Source of the DNA: Anthoceros angustus
Lineage: Eukaryota; Plantae; Anthocerotophyta
Assembly (NCBI GenBank): GCA_010909165.1
Contig: VJWM01000218.1
Location: forward strand, 253,994-317,993
DNA: 64,000 nucleotides
Direction of reading: 5' to 3'
Below, piece after piece: positions 53,991 to 64,000 of this stretch (its first letter is position 1; the number at the start of each line of letters is the position of its first letter). Made by a program: the position numbers and the translations under genes. The notes under the pieces were generated by a model. That model was given only the letters and a program-made list of their open reading frames with translations, was not told the DNA's origin and ran no database searches.

Positions 53991-54867
53991 ATATGTCCGA
54001 CCACATCCGGTGGGAGTTTCTTCACAATCTAGGCAATGGCGACAATGGTTATGGACTTCCTACGCCACTTTCCAGCTGCAACCGCCCAAACCTCGGCCCT
54101 CCACTCGGCCCGTGCCACCACGCCGGCCCCTACGGCCCCTTATCACTCAGACACACCACAACCCATCACATTCGGAGATTTCGACCGATCTTGGCCCCTC
54201 ACCTACCTCAGGCGCCCTCAAGCCCTGCCCAGCGCCATGGCTCTCGAAGAGGCGGGTGGAGGCTCATGAGACCGCGGATCGGAGGCGATGACCTCCATTA
54301 TAGCGAACTGGTGCGCACAGGACACCCTCAATCCGACAATTTCCGATCCGGTAGGAGAGCTCGGCGAGCGCCCACAAGATCGGCGGAGCACCACATCTGG
54401 CGGCGCGAGCACGACACCGGTCTTCCTCACGGCATCCCCATGGCTGCAAACCGCGCTCTCAACAGTGGCGCCCGATCACTTGCGGTAGCCAGGACACCTC
54501 TCAGCACTTGGGACCGGGATCAGACCTCTTGTATGGCACACAAGCTACATCGCAGCGCACTCGAGGCACGGAGGCAGCCACAGACGGTATACGGCATGGT
54601 ACTTATTCACAACTCAACTCTCCTACACTTACAGATGCGGGCTCTTCTCCACACACGGCAGTTCAAGTCCTGGCTTTTCAACAAATTGCTCAACAAACAT
54701 TTGGACATCATCCCGATTCCCAGAGAGGCAAACCAATATATATACTTTGAGTTTTCTAATTATAATAATCGGATATTCAATCAATGTCAGACACTCAAGA
54801 TGACAACAATATTTCGATCCTCATTTTGAGAGTCGCCATGCAGATACTAATCTCGTGACTCTGGTTT

Positions 54868-55160
54868 AGTTTGATTAGTGTTAATTAATCTAATTACTTA
54901 TCTTTAAGTAATTAGTGTTAATTAATCTAAAGTGCTTATGTTAATTAAGCATTGATTAGTGTTAATTAATCTAATGCTTATGTTAATTAAGCATTGATTA
55001 GTGTTAATTAAACATGGTTAGCAATAGCTAAGTGGATAAGCTCAAGTAATATGCTTTGGCATATTCCTTGCATATTATAGTGTATTCTTAGGATACAATA
55101 GCTAAGTGGATAAGCTCAAGTGCATATTCCTTGCATATTATAGTGTATTCTTAGGATATT
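54868..55160. repeat. AT-rich short tandem repeats (ttgattagtgttaattaa x4; ~75-bp duplication)
   Basis: Directly visible. Possibly LTR-derived. Confidence 0.75.
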
Positions 55161-55399
55161 TCCGCATATGCCGATGCCAATAGGATATCTTAGGAATATG
55201 CTGTGGTCTAGTATATAGACCCTTCCATTGAGGACAAGCATCATAGCTTGTCCTCTAGATATGCAATGCAAGAGCGTTGTGAGGAGGCCAAAGCCATGAC
55301 CCGAGAGCGGGAATTTGCGTTGTTCGTGGGGAGTGTGTTTGCGCACCACGCGCGAGCTACTCCCTCCCGTTGTTACATCTACCAGCTATGTGCATGCTA

Positions 55400-55945
55400 G
55401 ATGCCAGGCGATGCTAGGCGATGCTAGGCGAGGCGATGCTAGGTGATGCTAGGCGATGCTAGGCGATGCTAGGCGAGGCCCAAGTCAAGGCCAAGGAGGA
55501 GGCGAAGAAGCCCAAGCGTGCTAGGAGAGGAGGCGAAGAAGCCCAAGTCCAAGGCCAAGGAGAGGAGGCGAAGAAGCCCAAGTCCAAGGCCAAGGAGAGG
55601 AGGCCTGCGCCAAGGAGAGGAGGCGAAGCCCAAGTCCAAGGCCAAGGAGAGGAGGCGAAGAAGCCCAAGTCCAAGGCCAAGGAGAGGAGGCGAAGCCCAA
55701 GTCCAAGGCCAAGGAGAGGAAGAAGCCCAAGTCCAAGGCCAAGGAGAGGAGGCGAAGAAGCCCAAGTCCAAGGCCAAGGAGAGGAGGCGAAGAAGCCCAA
55801 GTCAAGGCCAAGGAGAGGAGGCGAAGAAGCCCAAGTCCAAGGCCAAGGAGAGGAGAGGAGGCGAAGAAGCCCAAGTCCAAGGCCAAGGAGAGGAGGCGAA
55901 GAAGCCCAAGTCCAAGGCCAAGCCCAAGTCCAAGGCCAAGGGAGA
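55400..55945. repeat. GCGATGCTAG 10-mer array followed by a ~35-bp minisatellite (ggagaggaggcgaagaagcccaagtccaaggccaa), over a dozen copies
   Basis: Directly visible. Confidence 0.92.
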
Positions 55946-56469
55946 AACAAGAGTATTTTACTCTCCCCTGGATTCAAGGGGAAGCGGATAGACATGGGTA
56001 TGTCATCAGTCCATGTTTGATTTCACTTTCTGTCCAAAACTCCTAGTTCGGCACCCCATCCAGGTACTCTATCGGTTTTGAGTTCCTATGCCTGCTATCC
56101 AACTCACCCAGCTCACATTTTTGACTGATAGCCTGCAGAGTATTTGTATGCGATTTTAACATGCATAGATACTTAGAGGTTTCACTAATCACGATCTAAG
56201 ATAGCGGGGTGTGTTAACCTTGATTAAGGGTTTGATCTAGCCACTAACCGGAGTGCATGCCGACACACTCGATCCGACGGAGCTACCAACCAAGTCCATC
56301 GAGCGAATCAAGTCCCACCAAGAGAGAAGTGCGAACACTCGATTTTGGTACCCAAGGACGGAGGAACCCAGACACAATCAACAATCTTTGAAGGATCCGT
56401 GAGTGGCAACACACAAGACACGTTAGTGCCGGACAACTGTGAAGCGACGAGGAGGACTTGTCTCTTGGA

Positions 56470-59400
56470 GTCGCCAAGATGGAGGAGACAAGGATCGAAT
56501 GGAGTTGTTCAGGGCGGGCACCTTGCCACGGAGGACTTCATCGAGAAGTACGGTGCGGTGCGGAGATGGAATTGAAGACCGGATACACGAGCGATACGGC
56601 TTCATCCAAATGCCAAGTACTTGGGGATGAAGCATTGCATCGCGAGCACAAGGCGAGGTTGTTGAGCGACATCCGGAGGACCAGAGTAGCGCTCATCTGG
56701 GAACGGGGCAGAAAGGCACCAGTGGGCACGATCCCATCAAGAGATGTTGACATCTTCCGCTGGAGTTTCCTGCAAGCACGGATGAGAAGATCTCCGACAC
56801 ACTTCAAGATGAAGTCAAAGACTCAAGATGGCTTATCAAGAATCGACCAGTGGTACGTGACACCAAGATCATGAGTGACCGGCAGAGAAGTACTTGCAGG
56901 CATTGCCATATGCACTGCATGAAGGTGCAACAAGCGGTGCACAAGACGAAGGGCAACACTACACCCTCAAGGAAGTGTACGAGATGGTCGACAAGATAGG
57001 GCCCAGACACTTTCTCTGGTTGCAAGTGATTACTCCAAAGACAAGTAGGAGTGGTGGACGACATGACCGACGCGGAGGTCGAGTGGAGGAGCTCGAGACA
57101 AGCCCCCACACCCCAAGTGACGAGCCCGTGAGGTGCCGAGGACGGACCATTCCCTCATGAGTGCGAGCATGCATTCGGAGGAGTCAAGGGTGAGGAGCCC
57201 TAGTGGGAGGTATGGGCACAATGAAGCGGCATGTTGGGAGAAGCATCCGAATGCGTCAGGTTATCGAGCAGCAACCCCGGCCAATGCATCTACGCCAACC
57301 TCATCCACAAAATCGAAGAGCAAAGGCGTGGAGGAGGCACTGAAGTCCCGTGGACAAAAGAAACGGGAAGCATCAAAGAAGACGATGGATGCTACGGGCA
57401 CGCCTTGCAAAGCGGAGAAGTTGGTGAAGGCGAAGATCAAGGAGAGCGCAGTCATCATCGGAGGACGAAGAAGATGAGCACAAGCTTGGATACATGGCGA
57501 CGTGACCATCCAAGGGCAGGAAGAAACCTCCGCAGCTACGAGAGAAGATAGCTCGAGGAGGAAGAGGATGTCTTGACACCCAGCGGAAGACACGGAAGGA
57601 AGCTTGGGATCCTCTTCCGAACCTATGCCAAGATGCCAAAGTCGTTTGAGCCATTGCCAGGAGCAACGTGGGAGCAACATCAAAGTCCGTGAGTGGCGAT
57701 GTGGAGAAACCCATGCATTGCCGACGGAGACGATGGCACAAAAGCTCGGAGATGCCATGTTTCACCTACAAGACATGGGGTTGAGCGTGAAGGAAGTCGG
57801 GGTTTGACTGGATGTTGACAACCCTTGAAGACGAAGTGTCCAAGATGTGTGCAACAGTGCAATGATGTCATTGCCGACCTCGGAGCCAAGCATCTCGTGG
57901 AGAAGCGGAATGCCGCACAGTGGGAGTGGCTTTGGTCAACAATCGGAGAGGCACATTGAAATCAATGGATTCGCACCAAGGAGGTGTTGATTGACACCGA
58001 GCACACCGGTGATCGTTGGAAGAAGAGTGAAGGAAGCGGTCTCCACCAAGAAAGGTTGAAGGAAACCAAGTGGAAGATCCAGACCGCACCGGGACCACGG
58101 AGCATGTGTTGGGGTGACAAGGTACAAGTCAAGGTTTCATTCAAACCAAGAACAGCAGACTTCACCTTTGTCGAGGTACACCGCTTGGTCACCGGCGATG
58201 CATACATTTTGATGTCTTGGGAGCGGACGCTTTGTACAAACCTCGAGTCATGGTGGATTTGTGGACGGAGATGCTACTATCGACCAGCCGAGAAAGCCGG
58301 AGCAAAACCGATGAACGGATTGCCCATCCCTCCGCACCGCATGGCAAGGATCATGAGAACCTCATTGCCAGCGTCTACCCGGTTTGGCGTCAGTGAAGGA
58401 CACGCCATACGTGCTTGAACCTCTTGGCGTGTGTCTAACAACCCCGACTGATGGAGGATTTCGACGAGGAGGAGGAAAACAAGCTAGGGTTGCAACCACC
58501 CTCGGAGGAGGTTCTTCAAGTCACCGGACGGAGCTGGTGGATCGCAGAATGAGCCGTGCAAAAGCTGTGGAGGATGGTGCAAGAGGACCGGTCCTATGAG
58601 CCGAGAACCCGTAAGTTCTAGGGTTGAGCCGTTTGTGACCTAAACACCTGTCATCACATGGCGACCTCGGAAGACGGCATAGTGCTCGTGGAACTCTTTG
58701 GAGGCATCGCTTGAAGCGCAAAGTGTGGCATCAAAGTGCGAAGATACGTGCATTGTGACCCGGATCCAAAAGCAAGGATTGTGCCGCGTGCGTAAGAGAC
58801 TTGATGGGGAGTACCTAACCGACGTGGAGTCGTGAAGGGTTACCGGGCGCCGATGGATGTTCGCATGATAGGGTTGTCCCATTTGAGTTGTCTTGGGCAA
58901 CCGGTGGACCTTGTCATCGCAGTTGGGAGTGTCAAGGACTATCCTCTGCAGTAAGGGTCAAGGTCAAGGATCCACGAACAAAGATTGTTCTATGACCGAT
59001 GAGGATCTTGCGCTTGATCCGTAAAGGGCAAGAAAGGCCTTGTGGATACATGTTGGAGAATGTGCCAAGATGCATGAGCGTGAAGAAGCAAGTTCGTGGA
59101 GGACTTTGCCACGATCCGAGGAGTGTTGGGTCGAGCTTCTATTGGATGCACTCAATTTGGTTCGAGGGCTCATAGGTTGAGGTCCATGTGGACTAACCTT
59201 GCTCCTTGGAACATTTGAAGTGTGCGAGGTCGCTCACCAAGCGACCTAATCATGTTGTCAAGGATGTGCTAGCATCGGAAGGCATGCCCAACAAGTCATC
59301 AAGACGACAAGCCGCCGCACTTCGTGAACACGCCTGACACCCCATGGCGGCTTGGCCAACCTTTGTGTCCAAGTCCAAGTCTTACGCCTTGGGAACCATG

Positions 59401-62185
59401 GCCCCCAGGGTGGGATGACATGGCGAGGTTTTGGAGAGCCAACAGCCACAGAGAGGAGTTGGCCATGGGATTTGATGCCGAGCCACAAGACACCGGAGTG
59501 ACCGAGAAGGAACGGTCGATTGCTTGGGCAAGCATTTGACGTGAACATGATGACTGGTTGTTTAGCGCCGGAGTCGCACCAACTTCAAAACCAAGAAGAA
59601 AGCGGGGTTCGGTGGGTGAAGGACATTCGCACTCGCATCTCAACAGGAGAAGGCGAGTTTGGAGGGCAAGGAGAGCGAGCACGAGGAAGCGTGCAAGCCA
59701 TCCGAGCCACGCCACATGAGTGGTTAACAGCGCCGAGTTGAAGAGCAATCAACGCCGCCTAAAGGAGTTGTTGGAGGCATCGCGACATGTGTTTGCTTTC
59801 ACGCTATGGAGATGGGGAAGTACACCAAAGGGAAGTTCCACATAGAATCGACCACGGATGAACCAAAGGTTCCGCAGAGGCTGGGCAAGGCCGAGTGGAT
59901 TTGGTTGAGAATCGATGCCAAGAGCTTCTCAAGCTAGGGCTGATTCGACGATCTAACTCGCAGATGCGGCGTGCTTCCAAAAGAAGGATGAGAATGGATT
60001 GTGGACGGAGAGGAGAATGTGTGGTGACTATCGCGTTGAACGAGCGAATCCCACATGACCACTATCCCATGCCGACGGTCAAGAGATCTTCGACACCATT
60101 GGGTCTCCAAGTTCTTCTCAACATTGGACTTGAGGCTAGGGTTTCACCAAGTAGAGATCAAGAAGACAAGAAGAAAACGCGTTCGGGCGTAGATTGCTTG
60201 TACGAGTGGAATTACATGCCATTTGGGTTGAAGACATCGCCAACGCAGTTCCAAAGGTACATGGACAATGAGCTCAAGGACTTGCATTTCGCCAAGTGCT
60301 ACATTGATGACGTCATCATCTTCAGCAATACCTTTGAGGAGCATCTACAACATCTTCGAGCAGTCTTTGCTAGACTGGCTGCTTGTGGGTTGAAGGCCCA
60401 TCCAGGGAAGTGTCGATTTGGAGAGGATAAGGTGTTGTACTTGGGTCATTGGATCACGCCTGACGGGATCTCGCCGCATGCCACCAAGGTGGAGGCAATC
60501 GCGCGCATTCCCAGGCCAAACGACATCTCGAAGTTGAGGGCATTCTTGGGTTTGTGTTACTAGAAGTTCATTCCGGATGAGCGGATTGCGCGGCCATTGA
60601 ATGACTTGTTGAAGAAGTTGGTGACTTGGCGTTGGACTCAAGAGGAGGAGTCGGCTTTCATGGAGTTGAAGGGTAGACTCATGAGCTCGCCAATTCTTGG
60701 TCATCCAAACTTGATGCGCTCGCATTTTACAATCGATTGGAGCACGATAGGCGCTTGGCGCAGATCAATGACAAGGAAGAGGAACATGTCATTGCCTATG
60801 CCACGGAGCAACAACGGAGTCCAACTACTCGCCTATGAAGGAGAATGTCTTGCGCAGGTGGGCAATGGACACTTTCGTACTTGTTTGGACATCAATTTCG
60901 ACCATCACCATCAACCCTTGCATTGGTTGATGACGAACGCCAAGCTTACAGGAAAGCGAGGTGGGCTCTCATTCTCCGTGAGTATGACTTTGTCATCGAA
61001 CACCGTGTAGAGTTCACTCTAATGGATGGGTTGTCAAGGAATCCTCTACCTCGTGAACGAAGACACTACAGGGGCCGTGCAAGATTGATGACGAGCAACA
61101 CCGGGGGGAGAGTAGTCCAGATACCATGTTGGCCATGCCGCATGAGGATGTCAAGATGCCCTCCACTCATCGCTTTGTATGCAGAGTCCGCTGTGACATC
61201 CGGCGGATGCAATGAGCGGACCTTCCTAAGGTCGGGAATTGCCACAAGGGCTTTCATCTCGATGCCAAGCTACGCGAGAAGGTGGCTCGATTATTGGAAG
61301 GAGGACATAATGTAGTGATTCTCATGGGAGATAGAATTGTACCCAAGCCGGAGGACCGGGTGAGACTCATCACCTGTGCATGAAGGCTTAGGGCATTTTG
61401 GTGCTAAGCGACCCACAGATGCTCAGCCCACACACTTTTGGGCAAGGATGTATGGAGATGTGGGTCGGCAGTCGTGAGTGTGCGATCGAGTGAAGGCAAG
61501 GTTCACGCCAATGATGTTGTGCTTCACCGCCGATCCGAGGACTCTTCTACAGTGGAGTGTGGATCTCATGCCATACATGCCAGACGCAGATCGGAAACAA
61601 GCATGTCATGCTAATGGTGGAGCATTTCACAAGTGGTGCGAGGTTGCCATCTTACCCAAGCGTGACTCTCGGCTTACCAAGAAGGCGTTCTTGGCTTCCG
61701 TCTAGTCGATATGGAGCATGTGCGAGGTTCTCACCGACTGGGCAAAGAATTCGGGAATTTCAAGACTTGCTTGACAGAGCTTGATTGATCATCGACGCGC
61801 TCGAGAGATCATCCTCAAGCCGGATGGTCAACGCTTGGTGCACCTTCAAGCGGCCTTGCAAATATTGTCTCACAAATGACCAAGACATGGGATGAAGGGA
61901 TGCCATACCTAGTGCTAGGGTGGTGAGCAATCAAGCCTTGAGCAATTTTTCACCATACTACTTGTTGTATGGGCGACAACCATTTTGCCAAACGTGAGGC
62001 AAGCAAGGCTACAAGCACCTGGATTGGCGAATGCGGATGATTGCCTACGAGACCGGAAAGGCGGGCGAGCTAAACGGGATCATGCCCATGGCAATGGAGA
62101 ACCTTGCCATAGCGCAACATGTGGATCAATCGGCTATGCTTACACACGAGGAGGGACATGGAAACCCAAGGTGCGTAAGTTCATT
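56470..62185 (+). mobile_element. Ty3/gypsy-type retrotransposon internal region: gag - protease - C5 DNA methyltransferase - RT - RNase H - integrase
   Basis: Zn knuckle GRYGHNEAACW (~57205), protease VLIDT (~57985), RT YEWNYMPFGLK and YIDDVIIFS, KLRAFLGLC, RNase H AYEGECLA and HQPLHWL, integrase GHF/CDR, WSVDLM, VEHF, FSPYYLLYGR. LTRs were not identified. Confidence 0.9.
58670..59560 (+). other. C5 cytosine methyltransferase (DNMT3-like) domain inside retrotransposon pol
   Basis: Motifs occur in order: I DGIVLVELFGGI; II RRYVHCDPD; III PMDVRMI; IV VDLVIA(G)WECQGLS; VI YMLENVP; VIII SRAHRLRSMWTNL; IX EELAMGF; X LLGQAFDVNMM. Confidence 0.85.
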
Positions 62186-63626
62186 CCATTATGAGTTCAC
62201 GTTGAATGACTTGGCTGTGAAGAAGTATCCGTGGCTGGACTTTGGGGTTAGGAACAGGTAGGAGATGACTTGTAGGAGGAAGGATAAATGATGGCGAAAA
62301 AGAAGGGAAATAAGACGGAAGCACGGCAATTAGTGGCTCCGAGTATCAATGACAGTGAGGAACGCCCCGACCTATGCTATGGAGTAACCCGGAGTCCGAC
62401 CTATCACCGGCAAGTACAGGAAAGTAGTAACAAGTTGAGGTGAGGATGCATTTCGACGCCACGCGGACGGATCAACGATGCGCCACAGTCTCGTAATTTT
62501 GCACTGTTGATAGTCATTTCACGGGCGATCGCGCTGCGCTTATTCGTAGTAGCACGCTGCTGCTGTAAGGAGAGTTCACTTTTAATGCCGAAGGTCGGTT
62601 AAGCCATGCGTACCGGCAACGACAGAAAGAGGCTGCCTTTGCCCGAGCTTACTCCGGCGGCGGCCGGCGAAGGTTGCCTTCGCCGCAACCATGTAGTCGC
62701 ATATGCGGCCTCCAGCCCGCTCGGATGCGCTTATCTCGGTTCGGGACGCCACAGGTGCTGCTCATCAAGGTTGGAGCAACAACGGGAAGGCGTGAACTGC
62801 TGGCTTCTCCGGTGCTGCATGAATCAAGGGAGGAGGCGCATGGCACCCAAAAGCCTCGCGAAGTTTGGGGAGCCCCTGAACCCTCGGAGCGCAGAGTGAG
62901 ACTCGGCCCATCCGGACTTTGGTGCTGGAGGAATGTGGTGACCACAAGACTCGCACCCCTGAAAGGAGTGTTTTTTGTGTTTTAAGCTATGAGAATCGTG
63001 GAGTTGGAATGTGAAGTAGGTTAGGAATAAAGAAAAGTCTACTAGAGCCTAGTAGGAGGAAGAGAGTCTAGTCCCGATCCCGGATGTAACCTGGAGGGTT
63101 GTCTCGGGTTGCTAACGCGGTTGCTAGGGCTGCTAACTGTGGCCTCGCTATGACCACAACCGACGGAGCTCTGCTATGGTAGCAACCAAGTTGGAGTTTC
63201 TTCGATGACTTGGAAAATCCAATCGATGGAATCACAAGGAATACCCAAACGGAAGTAACGGGGTCCTATTGGCAATTAAGTCCGCGGGCGGAAGAGTATT
63301 TGCATCGAATCCAAAGATCGAAGACGGCGCCGCACCGAATTCGAGCCGACCGTGGGTGGAGGCTGGAGCGAACGCCGGACGGATGCAAGGCGAGGTGTCG
63401 CAATGATCGTGGAAGCCGCCAGCAACGAGCGCGCGGCCACAGGAGACCAAACCGGTTTGGCGGCAGGATTGAGAGGCCGGAGGAAGCGGAGCGCGCAAAC
63501 CGGAGGGCACCAGGCAGGCGCGAATGAAGGTCTCAGGAGAACGCCCAAAGTGCGCGTGGCCGGGCAATGGGAGGGCAGGCCGCACAGAAATCTCGCCCAC
63601 GAGTGGGGAGTAATCGCTGCAAGGAC

Positions 63627-64000
63627 TTTCACAACGCGCTGCCGAGCACGACGGTGCATTGGCACGGACTAATCGTACCAAATGAGATGGACGGGCCGGC
63701 AAAGATCACCAGCCGCCCGTCCCGCCCGGCGGTTCACACAGCTGAATACACCGTCGGACAGCACGGCACATACTTCTATCACAGCCACGATCATCCCGAC
63801 CGTCAGCAGGCACTCGGTCTCTACGGTGCGCTCATTATCCAGCCGGCGGACCCCTCGTCCGAGGTCAAAGCGGACCTTGAATACACGATACAACTTCAGG
63901 AGTGGCTGAAGCGCGAATGGCTCACCTATCCCGCGATGCTGATGGAGGGCGCGCTCCCCAACTACTTCACCATCAATGGAAAGGCCTTTCCTGCGACCGA
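63627..64000 (+). CDS. Bacterial-type multicopper oxidase fragment (runs off the window end)
   Basis: TTVHWHGLIVPNEMDGPAKIT...EYTVGQHGTYFYHSHDHPDRQQALGLYGALII...PNYFTINGKAFP. It contains the Cu-binding HWH and HSH motifs, has no intron and is GC-rich. Confidence 0.85.

Noticed and set aside
53672-54829. 385-aa ORF as a novel gene
   Set aside because: Its 5' part is a piece of the copia post-integrase region and the rest has no recognisable motif.
55400-55945. CRISPR array or SR/K-rich protein ORFs
   Set aside because: The units are contiguous with no unique spacers and the context is eukaryotic. The ORFs in several frames are a by-product of the minisatellite.
62185-63180. Chromodomain or 3' LTR of the gypsy element
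   Set aside because: No convincing chromodomain motif and no match to the upstream candidate LTR.

Overview
This is eukaryotic plant nuclear DNA: gene-dense, roughly 50% GC by eye, with short GT-AG introns. It is most likely from a hornwort, inferred from a PLS-PPR gene ending in a DYW:KP/'GRP' domain. The first 30 kb carry clean spliced genes: an MPSGxKKR-type protein, a DUF26 secreted protein, HISN6, ITPK4, an AGC2 kinase, TIMELESS, VAMP72 and BET3, plus PPR remnants. From 29.6 to 40.6 kb there is a head-to-head pair of divergent VAMP72 paralogs, followed by fold-back and duplicated copies that look like long-read or amplification chimeras. Beyond that lie the PPR-DYW:KP gene, MIP2/NBAS, a truncated copia element and a Ty3/gypsy-type element. 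The gypsy pol carries a C5 cytosine DNA methyltransferase domain between protease and RT, which is the most notable finding. The window ends in a bacterial-type multicopper oxidase fragment. Indel density rises sharply after about 34 kb, so reading frames there were reconstructed by eye and all homology calls rest on motif recognition, not database searches.
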